Source: Thermococcus guaymasensis DSM 11113
GTDB lineage: Archaea; Methanobacteriota_B; Thermococci; Thermococcales; Thermococcaceae
NCBI RefSeq assembly: GCF_000816105.1
Contig: NZ_CP007140.1
Location: 932,388-956,387 of the forward strand
Direction: 5' to 3'
DNA: 24,000 nt
The stretch's first letter is position 1; each line of letters opens with the position of its first letter. The translations under genes and the position numbers were made by a program. This document shows positions 1 through 7,783 of the stretch, piece after piece. The notes under the pieces were generated by a model, which saw nothing but the letters and a program-made list of their open reading frames with translations, made no database searches and was not told the origin of the DNA.

Positions 1-210
1 TACCTCGAAGCCGTACTCGTTCGCTAAAGCATAGACGGTGGTCGTCTTGCCGACGCCTGGAGGCCCAGCGAGGATTAGGGCCTTCTTCTTCGGCGGGTTG
101 CCGTGAAGCCACGCCTCCACCCATGCCCTAACCTGCTCTATGGCCTTCTCCTGGTTCACTATCTCGCTCAGCTTCCTCGGGCGGTATTTCTCAACCCACG
201 GCACGGTCAT
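1..210 (-). CDS. rfcL: Replication factor C large subunit, first 70 codons (gene runs off the window start)
   Basis: Not in the ORF track. Reverse-strand ATG at 208-210. My translation is [70 protein letters not shown], with the clamp-loader WVEKYRP box and Walker A GPPGVGKT. It starts 5 nt downstream of rfcS on the same strand, the usual archaeal rfcS-rfcL pair. Confidence 0.85.
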   Translation of the reverse strand, partial: MTVPWVEKYRPRKLSEIVNQEKAIEQVRAWVEAWLHGNPPKKKALILAGPPGVGKTTTVYALANEYGFEV

Positions 211-215
211 GGCGA

Positions 216-1217
216 TCACTTGCCCCTCTTGTCACCCATAATCGTGAACTGAGCTAATAGGGCTTCGAGCTGTATCATCTCGTTGGCCCCCTCAACCAGG
301 CGGAAGTTGTACTCGCCTATCTTGTCCGCTAAAGCCACCTTCTTGTCCTCTGGAATCGGCAGGTTAAACACTTCCTTGTGCATCTGGATGAGAACGTCCT
401 CACCGCTGAGGCCCTGCTTGAGGAGAATCTCCCTGAGCTTCTCCCTGGCCTTGAGGAAGTTGCCCTCCAGCGCCAGGTTCATCATATCACGCACATCCTC
501 CGGCCTGGCCCTGCTCGCGACGAGGAATACGTTCTCGTCGGTTATCTTGGTGTCGAGGGCAGCAGCAGCCTGAAGGACGTTGATTGCCCTCCTCAGGTCA
601 CCTTCGGCAACGTAGAGAATCGCCTGGAGGCCCTCCTCCGTGAGCTCGAGCCCCTCGTTCTCCGCTATGTACCGTATGCGCTCGGCCACGTCCTCGTCGC
701 TGAGGGGCCTGAAGCGGAAGATTGCACACCTGCTCTGGATGGGCTCGATGATCTTGGAGGAGTAGTTACAGCTGAGGATAAAGCGAACGTTGTTTGAGAA
801 CATCTCCATCGTTCTCCTCAAAGCCTGCTGGGCGTCCTGGGTCAGGGCGTCGGCCTCGTCGAGGAAGATTATCTTGAAGCTCGCGCTCCCTATCGGCTTA
901 GTCCTTGCAAACTCCTTGACCTTCTCCCTAATCACGTTTATGCCTCTCTCATCGCTCGCGTTGAGCTCTAAGAAGTTATGGCGCCAGTTTTCGCCGAATA
1001 ACTCGCGAGCGAGGGCCAGAGCTGCACTGGTCTTTCCCGTACCGGGCGGCCCCGCGAATAGAAGGTGGGGCATCGAGCCGGTTTTAGCGTAGTGCTTGAG
1101 TCTCTTGACTATGTGATCCTGACCCACTATATCGTCAAGCCTCTGCGGGCGGTACTTCTCAACCCAGGGCTTTTCGAGAACCTTAACCTCTCTAATCTCC
1201 TCTCCCATGCGTTCCAC
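216..1217 (-). CDS. rfcS: Replication factor C small subunit (clamp loader), 333 aa, uninterrupted
   Basis: ORF translation has WVEKYRP, Walker A GPPGTGKT, Walker B/DEAD-like FLDEAD, and the SRC motif (QSRCAIFRF) typical of RFC small subunits. The length shows no intein. Confidence 0.95.
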   Translation of the reverse strand: MERMGEEIREVKVLEKPWVEKYRPQRLDDIVGQDHIVKRLKHYAKTGSMPHLLFAGPPGTGKTSAALALARELFGENWRHNFLELNASDERGINVIREKVKEFARTKPIGSASFKIIFLDEADALTQDAQQALRRTMEMFSNNVRFILSCNYSSKIIEPIQSRCAIFRFRPLSDEDVAERIRYIAENEGLELTEEGLQAILYVAEGDLRRAINVLQAAAALDTKITDENVFLVASRARPEDVRDMMNLALEGNFLKAREKLREILLKQGLSGEDVLIQMHKEVFNLPIPEDKKVALADKIGEYNFRLVEGANEMIQLEALLAQFTIMGDKRGK

Positions 1218-1256
1218 CTAAAACTTTATGAGACCCAAGAGTTTAAGGGCTTTGCC
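1218..1256. promoter_or_regulatory. Compact 39-nt divergent promoter region between rfcS and the DUF457-like gene
   Basis: CTTTATGA (1224-1231) ends 26 nt upstream of the ATG at 1257. On the other strand, CTTAAAC (complement of 1241-1247) lies about 24 nt upstream of the rfcS ATG at 1217. Both spacings fit leaderless archaeal transcripts. This is inferred from spacing only. Confidence 0.35.
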
Positions 1257-1715
1257 ATGGACCCGCTTGAGCACGCCTCGGTTCCAAGCTTGATCTACCT
1301 TGCTCTTTCAGGCGAGCCAACATTGGCGGGACTAACAGCACTCGCGCTTGGCGCGGTCTTTCCCGACCTTGATGCGCTCGCGGAGGAGCACCGCTCCTAC
1401 CTCCATTCCCTCCTGCCGTTTCTCCCGGTCCTTCTCCTCGGTCTGCATCTTGGTGGCCCAATCCTTCTCTTCGCCCTCGGCTGGGGGAGCCACTTGTTCC
1501 TCGACTTCTTCACGGGGGTGATTCCACTGGTTTACCCATTGTCGAGGAGGGGCTGGGGGTTGTTAATCATCATCGCTGGGCCGCGGAATTTTAGGATTAA
1601 GATTAAATTAATCGAAAGATATCCTGACAAGAGGCACGATTACAGGGTAGATATCAGCGGAGGTTTTGCTTTGGCCGTTTTAACCATCCTCACGGCAATA
1701 ATTAGGCTGCACTAA
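1257..1715 (+). CDS. Membrane-bound metal-dependent hydrolase-like protein (YdjM/DUF457 type), 152 aa
   Basis: The ORF-track call (1065..1715) overlaps rfcS, so I start at the ATG at 1257 (MDPLEH...). The protein is a hydrophobic multi-TM protein with FPDLD...HRSYLHS, matching the PDxD...HRxxTHS signature I recall for DUF457. Confidence 0.6.
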   Translation: MDPLEHASVPSLIYLALSGEPTLAGLTALALGAVFPDLDALAEEHRSYLHSLLPFLPVLLLGLHLGGPILLFALGWGSHLFLDFFTGVIPLVYPLSRRGWGLLIIIAGPRNFRIKIKLIERYPDKRHDYRVDISGGFALAVLTILTAIIRLH

Positions 1716-1732
1716 TCAGTGCAGTGCAAAAC

Positions 1733-1739
1733 TTTTATA
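1733..1739 (+). promoter_or_regulatory. TATA box for kbl
   Basis: AAAACTTTTATAC context (A-rich BRE-like stretch plus TTTTATA), about 33 nt upstream of the ATG at 1772, followed by the SD-like GGTGGTT at 1762-1768. Confidence 0.5.
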
Positions 1740-1771
1740 CCTTCGTGACCAAAAAATGACCGGTGGTTCTC

Positions 1772-2959
1772 ATGGGGAAGCTCGACTGGATTAGGGAAGA
1801 ACTCCAAGAGCTTAAGGAGAAGGGCCTTTACGTTACCATAAGAAAGCTTGAGAGCGCCCAGGGCCCATGGGTCATCGTTGATGGCAAGAAGGTTCTCAAC
1901 ATGTGCTCCAACAACTACCTCGGCCTTGCTGCCCACCCCAAGATTAAGGAGGCCGCGATAAGGGCCATCCTCGACTACGGTGTCGGTGCCGGTGCCGTTA
2001 GAACCATAGCCGGTACCATGGAGCTCCACGTGGAGCTCGAGGAGAAGCTCGCCAAGTTCAAGAAGAGAGAGGCCGCCATACTCTTCCAGAGCGGCTACAA
2101 CGCAAACCTCGGAGCTTTAAGTGCCCTCCTCAAAAAGGGTGATGACGGAGTCTTTATCAGCGAGGAGCTCAACCACGCGAGCATTATAGACGGAATGCGC
2201 CTCAGCGGTGCGCCTAAAGTAATCTACAAGCACCTCGACATGGAGGACCTTGAAAAGAAGCTCAAGGAGAACAAGGACAAGAAGAAGAAAATCATCGTCA
2301 GCGACGGTGTCTTCTCGATGGACGGTGACCTCGCACCGGTCCCGGAGATGGCCGAATTGGCTGAACAGTACGACGCGATACTCTACATAGACGACGCCCA
2401 CGGTGAGGGTGTCCTCGGTGACAGCGGAAGGGGTATAGTTGACCACTTCAAACTCCATGATAAAGTTGACTTCGAGATGGGAACGCTGAGCAAAGCCTTC
2501 GGTGTCATCGGCGGTTATGTGGCCGGTCCGGAGGAGGCCATCGAGTACCTCCGCCAGCGCGGAAGGCCATTCCTCTTCTCAAGCGCCCCGAACCCGCCCG
2601 ACGTCGCGGCGGCCATAGCGGCTGTCGAGATTCTCCAGAGGAGCGACGAGCTAGTGAAGAAGCTCTGGGACAACACCCACTTCCTCCAGAACGGGTTGAG
2701 AGACCTCGGCTACGACCTCGGCAACACCAAGCACCCGATTACGCCGGTCATGCTCTACGACGAGAAGCTCGCCCAGGAGTTCAGCAAACGCTTATACGAC
2801 GAGTACAACATCTTCGCCCAGGCGATAGTCTATCCAACCGTCCCGCTCGGAACCGCGAGGATAAGGCTTGAGCCCTCAGCGGCCCACAGCAAGGAGGACC
2901 TTCAGTACGTCATCGATGCGTTCGAGGATTTGGGGAGGAAGACAGGGTTCTTGAAGTGA
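1772..2959 (+). CDS. kbl: 2-amino-3-ketobutyrate CoA ligase (glycine C-acetyltransferase), alpha-oxoamine synthase family
   Basis: PLP-dependent class I/II aminotransferase fold. Motifs DDAHG and the PLP-lysine context GTLSKAFG are present, and length and N-terminus ([19 protein letters not shown]) are typical of Kbl/BioF-family enzymes. The ATG at 1772 is preferred over the GTG at 1763. Confidence 0.85.
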   Translation: MGKLDWIREELQELKEKGLYVTIRKLESAQGPWVIVDGKKVLNMCSNNYLGLAAHPKIKEAAIRAILDYGVGAGAVRTIAGTMELHVELEEKLAKFKKREAAILFQSGYNANLGALSALLKKGDDGVFISEELNHASIIDGMRLSGAPKVIYKHLDMEDLEKKLKENKDKKKKIIVSDGVFSMDGDLAPVPEMAELAEQYDAILYIDDAHGEGVLGDSGRGIVDHFKLHDKVDFEMGTLSKAFGVIGGYVAGPEEAIEYLRQRGRPFLFSSAPNPPDVAAAIAAVEILQRSDELVKKLWDNTHFLQNGLRDLGYDLGNTKHPITPVMLYDEKLAQEFSKRLYDEYNIFAQAIVYPTVPLGTARIRLEPSAAHSKEDLQYVIDAFEDLGRKTGFLK

Positions 2960-2963
2960 AGAC

Positions 2964-2974
2964 TTTTCTTTTTT
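2964..2974 (+). terminator. Oligo-T terminator after kbl
   Basis: TTTTCTTTTTT lies 5 nt after the kbl stop. The mirrored A-tract at 3009-3022 gives a T-tract on the minus strand after the convergent orphan gene. Confidence 0.5.
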
Positions 2975-3029
2975 AGCTACTCTTTTTAACTACTTTGGAC
3001 TTTGTAGGAAAAATAAACAAAAGAGCAAC

Positions 3030-3974
3030 TCACCCGCAATTCACAACCCGAACATACTCCATTGGCGGGGCTGGAACGGCAAGGCTTTCGTTGCCAATTT
3101 TGAACACGAGCTTTGGTTTGAAATAGAGACCGTCGACACTGGAGGGCACTGCAATCAGCACCCTAAGAACTGCAGTGGAGTTTGGAAGGATTTCAGTTAC
3201 AGTTTTATTTGTGGCTATGTCAGCAAGCCTAAAAGATGTTATTTTAATACTTGGCGGCTTTGGATATTTCTGTAGTGTGGCAAGGGGAAAGGAAACGTTT
3301 TCGAGGATAATAGATTTGTTTTTGTTGTAGAGGTTCGTTATAGTCACGGTATACTCGAACGTGTCCAAGCCTTTTTTAAAGGAGGTGTAAAGTGACGAAT
3401 ACCTGCCAAACTTCAGATGGACATCCTCATGTTTTATAGGGGCAACCTGGAAGTGGAGCCATACAGACGTGCGGCTTTCATTTACTATTGATTCTCCCTT
3501 CCACAGTTGGAGTAAGAGTGCATTCCCGGTGATGCTAAACTGCTTTCCGGGAGTTTGGAACCTGAAGTATAGCGGAAGAGGAACACGGCCCGCTATTCCT
3601 GAGGAACTGGTCATTGAGAGAGCTTCAGGAACACTGTAAGATGAGGTGAAGTTATCAGCAAGAGAGAGAATGATGAAAGTTCCGTTTTTTAGATAATTGA
3701 TGTTAGGGTACACAAGCAGGGTTAAGGTCTCGTTAGGATAAACGTAGCCGTATCCCCATATTGATTGAGGACAGAGAGGAGTGGAGAATTTCGAAGCAGG
3801 TGAGGTATTGGAGACATTGTTTCCAATGTGGGGTTTTGAAGAATTATTGCTTACAGGGATGCCAGTTGAAGTATTGAAAACAACGTGATTGGAGTTTCCA
3901 CCTGAGAACCAGTAGGTGAAAAGCACAGCCCCTATCAGAACCAACACCAAAAAGATGAAAAGAGATTGCTTCAT
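3030..3974 (-). CDS. Orphan membrane-anchored, probably N-glycosylated extracellular protein, 314 aa, no family recognised
   Basis: Long ORF with an SD-like GGGGGG run 7 nt before the ATG. It has an N-terminal hydrophobic anchor (LFIFLVLVLIGAVLFTYWF), an N/S/T-rich linker, and about 14 N-x-S/T sequons by my count. The remainder looks beta-rich, and the protein ends ...VVNCG. The coding sequence is markedly AT-rich relative to its neighbours. Confidence 0.6.
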   Translation of the reverse strand: MKQSLFIFLVLVLIGAVLFTYWFSGGNSNHVVFNTSTGIPVSNNSSKPHIGNNVSNTSPASKFSTPLCPQSIWGYGYVYPNETLTLLVYPNINYLKNGTFIILSLADNFTSSYSVPEALSMTSSSGIAGRVPLPLYFRFQTPGKQFSITGNALLLQLWKGESIVNESRTSVWLHFQVAPIKHEDVHLKFGRYSSLYTSFKKGLDTFEYTVTITNLYNKNKSIILENVSFPLATLQKYPKPPSIKITSFRLADIATNKTVTEILPNSTAVLRVLIAVPSSVDGLYFKPKLVFKIGNESLAVPAPPMEYVRVVNCG

Positions 3975-4239
3975 CAGTTACCCCCCTTCATCCCCCTTGA
4001 GGATGGCAAACAGTGGCTTCCACTTCAAATGATTCACCTCCACAATGGTCATGCAATATTGGTAGTGTAATTCTCCTTATAAGTTTTTTCTTTACTATTA
4101 GCAAATTTTCTTCTTTTTTTGAGTATGAATTTATCTTAACATATGTTTTCCGTTTAGAACAGTCCAAAAGAAGCCTGAGTAAAAGAGTTGCGTATGGACG
4201 CAATGAGGAAAACATGGCTGAGGGCAGAGACAGTGTTAC

Positions 4240-4746
4240 TCAAAACTTCGTCCACTCAACCTTGTAATATACAATGTCGGCATCTTCGTCAACTATCGCC
4301 ATGATCATGTTCTTCCTGACGCCGTGGGCTACCCTTACCCTCGCCGTGATGTCGTTCGGGCTTATGCGGGAGTTTTCGGGGAGAACCCACACGAGCCATT
4401 GTGAATGCTCGTCCATTCCGCGCCTGTAAACGCGGAAGTGGGAACCGAACTTTAAACCTGACTTGACGGTGTATCCCCTGTCGCGCAGGTCTTTGTACAC
4501 GAGGTACTTCGCGTCAAAGAGCTCGTCCCTCTCCCTTCCAAGGTTCATGAGCTCCTCGACAGTGAGCTTTCTCTTCCCGTCCCTGACCTCTATCTTGCCC
4601 CTTTCAACGAGGTAAGTAGCTTCCAGCAGGGAGAGGAACAGCTTCCCTTCTACCAGCTTTCCGAAATGGCGCTTGTTGTAGAGGCCGTTTATCGCGTTCT
4701 GGTCGGTGGAGAAGACCCTGTCCCCGCTCAGGTAAAAGACTATCAT
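4240..4746 (-). CDS. endA: tRNA-splicing (bulge-helix-bulge) endonuclease, 168 aa homotetramer-type
   Basis: Size and sequence (…GYTVKSGLKFGSHFRVY… HSQWLV…RVAHGVRK) match archaeal EndA as I know it, including the catalytic Tyr/His/Lys context. Confidence 0.9.
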   Translation of the reverse strand: MIVFYLSGDRVFSTDQNAINGLYNKRHFGKLVEGKLFLSLLEATYLVERGKIEVRDGKRKLTVEELMNLGRERDELFDAKYLVYKDLRDRGYTVKSGLKFGSHFRVYRRGMDEHSQWLVWVLPENSRISPNDITARVRVAHGVRKNMIMAIVDEDADIVYYKVEWTKF

Positions 4747-5247
4747 TCAGCTCCCCCTCCATTCCTCCGCTGGCAGGAGCATGTAGTAGGCGTCCTCGCC
4801 GTCGGAGTAGTAGCTTATAATCCGCTTCACCTTCCTGAAGCCGAAGCGCTCGTAGAGCTTTATGGCCTTTTCGTTGCTGACCCGGACTTCGAGGCCTATG
4901 TATCTTGCCCCCCTCGCGATGAGCCTGTTTATGGCCTCGGTGAGCAAAGCGGAGCCTATGCCGTTCCCCCGGTAGCGTTCGTCGACGGCTATGCTCATTA
5001 TGTGGCCTTCGAGGTCGGGCCTGAGGTATGCCATGACGTAGCCTACAACCCTGCCGTTGTATTCTGCAACGAGAAAAGTATCGGGATTGTTCTCAAGGAA
5101 GACTAAGAAGAGCCCCCTTGGGTAAGCTTCTCGGAAGGACTCCCTCTCAATCCTCATCACTTCGCTTATGTCGAAGAGCTTCGCAGGCCTTATCGTGACT
5201 AACGCCAGCGGGATTCTGGCCTTCACTTCCCTGGCTGAGATGCTCAT
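4747..5247 (-). CDS. rimI: GNAT N-acetyltransferase, RimI / archaeal N-alpha-acetyltransferase type
   Basis: GNAT acetyl-CoA motif RYRGNGIGSALL, 166 aa. Its stop is directly abutted by the endA ATG (TGAATG), so the two form an operon. Confidence 0.85.
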   Translation of the reverse strand: MSISAREVKARIPLALVTIRPAKLFDISEVMRIERESFREAYPRGLFLVFLENNPDTFLVAEYNGRVVGYVMAYLRPDLEGHIMSIAVDERYRGNGIGSALLTEAINRLIARGARYIGLEVRVSNEKAIKLYERFGFRKVKRIISYYSDGEDAYYMLLPAEEWRGS

Positions 5248-5268
5248 GTTAATAGCTATCCCCCAAGG

Positions 5269-5276
5269 CTTTTAAG
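5269..5276. promoter_or_regulatory. Near-symmetric TATA element CTTTTAAG, possibly used in both directions
   Basis: It lies 22 nt from the rimI ATG (5247, minus strand) and about 40 nt upstream of the C box of the plus-strand C/D sRNA. Confidence 0.4.
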
Positions 5277-5314
5277 ACTTGAGGGAACTTCCGAGTGGGA
5301 GTGGCCACCCCAAC

Positions 5315-5368
5315 GTGATGAACACTCTCGAACCTGACCCAAGGGATGATGACCGGATTCCTGGCTGA
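5315..5368 (+). ncRNA. C/D box sRNA (2'-O-methylation guide), dual guide
   Basis: The architecture is textbook. C box GTGATGA is at 5315-5321, followed by the 12-nt guide ACACTCTCGAAC and D' CTGA at 5334-5337. An 8-nt spacer precedes C' ATGATGA at 5346-5352, the 12-nt guide CCGGATTCCTGG, and D CTGA at 5365-5368. It is intergenic. The true ends probably extend a few nt beyond the boxes. Confidence 0.85.
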
Positions 5369-5376
5369 TGCATCAA

Positions 5377-5384
5377 CTTTAAAA
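5377..5384 (+). promoter_or_regulatory. TATA box CTTTAAAA for the ABC permease (leaderless geometry)
   Basis: The box ends 23 nt upstream of the ATG at 5407 and there is no SD in between. Confidence 0.5.
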
Positions 5385-5406
5385 GGCTGGACAAAAACTC
5401 CAACAC

Positions 5407-6411
5407 ATGCGGAAGTTGCTCCCGATCTTGCTGGCCCTGTCCGTTGTGGTTATGTTCCTGGGCGTCTATGTGGGATCCGTTGAGCTCAGCCCATCGGACG
5501 TTACGGACTCAATAGTTTATGGCATAAAGAGGGCGCTGTTAGGGGAGAGCCCTGCGGAAAAGCCGAAGTACTTCATCATAATTTGGGAGTTCCGCCTGCC
5601 GAGGGTTCTTCTTGCGTACCTTGTTGGTCTTTCCCTTGCTAGTGCAGGCGTGGCGAGCCAGGCCCTCTTCAAGAACCCCATGGCGGATCCGTATATCATT
5701 GGAATAAGTGGGGGTGCAAGCATCGGGGCGGCTTTGGGGCTCATATATTTTCCTAATCACGTTTCGCTTCTCTCCTTTGCCTTTGCGATTCTCTCAGTTT
5801 ACGTAGTTTACACCGTGGCCAAAGTAGACGGCAGAATACCCGTTGATACTCTCCTCCTCTCGGGAGTAGCCTTTGGCTTTATGGCCAATGCTGTGACCTC
5901 ATACCTGGTTCTCACACTAGGGCCAAGGGCCCATCTCACTTATATGTGGCTCATGGGGAGCTTTAACGGTGCGGACTGGGAGAAAGTCAGAAACGTATTT
6001 CTCGCGTCCCTCTTTGGCCTCAGTTTTCTCATCTGGAAATGGAAGGAGTTAAACGTACTTCTTCTGGGCGAGGAGGGTGTGGCGCTTGGCCTTGACGTGG
6101 ATACTTTCCGTAAGTTCGTGGTGGTAGTTATTGCTATAATGAGCGCTGTTTCAGTTGCCTCAGCTGGAATCATAGGTTTTGTAGGTCTTATTGGCCCTCA
6201 CATTGCCAGGATACTCGTGGGGCCAAACCACAAAAGGCTGACGTTGAACGCGGCCCTCATTGGGGGGATACTGATGGTTTTAGCAGATCTGCTCGCCAGA
6301 ACGATTTCCAGACCAACGGAGATCCCTGTTGGTATCGTGACTGCTATGATGGGCGGGCCGTTCTTCCTTTACCTTCTCAGGAAGCACAAGAGGGGGGAAG
6401 TCCTCACATGA
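5407..6411 (+). CDS. ABC transporter permease, FecCD/BtuC family (iron-chelate or cobalamin type)
   Basis: A 334-aa polytopic protein with FecCD-family hallmarks (…LLLSGVAFGF…, C-terminal …GIVTAMMGGPFFLYLL…). It overlaps the ATPase gene through ATGA. Confidence 0.9.
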   Translation: MRKLLPILLALSVVVMFLGVYVGSVELSPSDVTDSIVYGIKRALLGESPAEKPKYFIIIWEFRLPRVLLAYLVGLSLASAGVASQALFKNPMADPYIIGISGGASIGAALGLIYFPNHVSLLSFAFAILSVYVVYTVAKVDGRIPVDTLLLSGVAFGFMANAVTSYLVLTLGPRAHLTYMWLMGSFNGADWEKVRNVFLASLFGLSFLIWKWKELNVLLLGEEGVALGLDVDTFRKFVVVVIAIMSAVSVASAGIIGFVGLIGPHIARILVGPNHKRLTLNAALIGGILMVLADLLARTISRPTEIPVGIVTAMMGGPFFLYLLRKHKRGEVLT

Positions 6412-7127
6412 TACTAAAGGTAAACGTCTCCTTTTCTTATGGAGATCGGGAAGTTCTGAGAGATGTTTCCTTTGAGGCCTGCAGGGGCCGTTTGCTTGCC
6501 ATAATTGGGCCCAACGGGGCCGGTAAGAGCACGCTCCTCAAGTGCATCGCCGGGATCCTCAGGCCGCGGGGCGAGGTGCGATTGGATGGCATTGATTTGC
6601 TCAATCTGGGCCCAAAGGAAAGGGCTAGGTTCGTCTCTTACGTGCCTCAGGCATCGGTTCCGGAATTTAACTTCACCATCGAAGAGTTCGTTGAGATGGG
6701 GACTTACTTTACCGGGGGAAGCGTGAGGGATGCCCTGCAAAAGGTGGGCTTCTGGGAGAGAAGAAGCGAGTCTGTGCTGTCGCTCTCGGGCGGGGAATAC
6801 CAGCTCGTACTTCTGGCGCGGGCCCTAGCCCAAGGCGGAAAGGTTCTGCTTCTGGACGAGCCCACTAGCCACCTTGATATCAACCATGCACTCATGATAA
6901 TGGAGCTTCTGAAAGAACTCAAGGAGGAAAAGATCGTCGTGGCGGTGCTCCATGACCTGAACCTTGCCCTCAGATATGCGGATAACCTTCTGATCCTCAA
7001 AAATGGGGAGAAGTTCTGGGAGGGCAGCGTTGGAAGGCTTTCGCCTAAAATCCTTGAGGAGGTTTACGGGGTCAAAGTCGAGTTCGTCAGGGGGAAGTTT
7101 GGAACCGCGGTTCTCTCTTCTCTATGA
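6408..7127 (+). CDS. ABC transporter ATP-binding protein (FecE/BtuD type)
   Basis: Walker A GPNGAGKST, signature LSGGEYQ, Walker B LLLDEPTSHLD, and an H-loop LHD. Confidence 0.9.
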   Translation: MILKVNVSFSYGDREVLRDVSFEACRGRLLAIIGPNGAGKSTLLKCIAGILRPRGEVRLDGIDLLNLGPKERARFVSYVPQASVPEFNFTIEEFVEMGTYFTGGSVRDALQKVGFWERRSESVLSLSGGEYQLVLLARALAQGGKVLLLDEPTSHLDINHALMIMELLKELKEEKIVVAVLHDLNLALRYADNLLILKNGEKFWEGSVGRLSPKILEEVYGVKVEFVRGKFGTAVLSSL

Positions 7128-7177
7128 GCTACCAAACCTTTAAATTCATTGTGAGGAGTTAAACTCTGGAGGTGATT

Positions 7178-7783
7178 ATGGTGGAGGGAAAGAAAACCGG
7201 GACAACCACCGTGGGTATAAAGGTAAAAGAGGGTGTCGTCCTCGCGGCTGACACTCAGGCTTCACTCGACCACATGGTTGAGACCCTCAACATAAAGAAG
7301 GTACTCCCGATCACTGACAGGATAGCAATAACAACCGCCGGAAGCGTGGGTGACATTCAGGCTCTGGCGAGAACGCTTGAGGCCCAGGCGAGGTATTACC
7401 AGTTCACTTGGGGAAGGCCAATGACAACGAGGGCCATGGCGAACCTACTGAGCAACATCCTCAACGAGAACAAGGGGTTCCCCTACATGGTTCAGATTAT
7501 CATAGGGGGCTATGTTGACAGGCCCGAGCTGGCGAGCGTTGATGCACTTGGCGGTCTTGTCTTCGAGAACTACACGGCCACGGGTTCGGGAAGCCCCTTC
7601 GCAATCGCCATAATCGAGGATGGCTATAGGGAGGACATGAGCATCGAAGAGGCCAAGGAGCTCGCGATCAGGGCAGTCAGGACGGCAGGGAAGAGGGATG
7701 TGTACACTGGCGAGAGGAAAGTCCAAGTTGTTGTTATCACCAAGGACGGTATGAAGGAGGAATTTGTTGAGTTTAAGGAGTGA
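7178..7783 (+). CDS. psmB: Proteasome beta subunit (with short propeptide)
   Basis: MVEGKKTG|TTTVGIKV gives the propeptide followed by the catalytic Thr of an Ntn hydrolase. GGAGGTGA lies at 7168-7175. The ATG at 7178 is preferred over the GTG at 7172. Confidence 0.9.
   Translation: MVEGKKTGTTTVGIKVKEGVVLAADTQASLDHMVETLNIKKVLPITDRIAITTAGSVGDIQALARTLEAQARYYQFTWGRPMTTRAMANLLSNILNENKGFPYMVQIIIGGYVDRPELASVDALGGLVFENYTATGSGSPFAIAIIEDGYREDMSIEEAKELAIRAVRTAGKRDVYTGERKVQVVVITKDGMKEEFVEFKE

Noticed and set aside
283-1092. Plus-strand ORFs antisense to rfcS. Similar antisense ORFs occur elsewhere, for example 1712-2029, 2117-2458, 4666-5106, 7445-8331, 9243-9749, 15026-15577, 16016-16603, 17681-18428, 19227-20308, 21837-22557, 22739-23162 and 23344-23887
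   Set aside because: Each is nested opposite a well-supported gene with clear family motifs. The compositions are low-complexity and no start signals are present.
216-1217. Looked for an intein in rfcS, since some Thermococcales and Methanococcales RFC small subunits carry them near the P-loop
   Set aside because: The 333-aa product is colinear, with [12 protein letters not shown] intact and no Cys/Ser-initiated insertion.
1065-1256. N-terminal extensions proposed by the ORF track (1065 for the DUF457-like gene, 8823 for prs, 19460 for fumarase beta, 16741 for the HXXEE gene, 16457 for the small membrane gene)
   Set aside because: The extensions overlap neighbouring genes or precede better ATG/GTG starts that have SD-like or TATA signals at the proper distance.
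3978-4267. ORFs in the AT-rich spacer: 75 aa (3988-4215, minus strand), 84 aa (4013-4267, plus strand), and a 24-codon upstream ORF MTIVEVNHLKWKPLFAILKGDEGG (3978-4052, minus strand) ending 4 nt before the orphan gene ATG
   Set aside because: They have no recognisable domains, odd Lys/Leu-rich composition typical of AT-rich non-coding DNA, and overlap the probable endA terminator and the orphan-gene promoter. The 24-codon ORF is possible as a coupled leader but I cannot support it.
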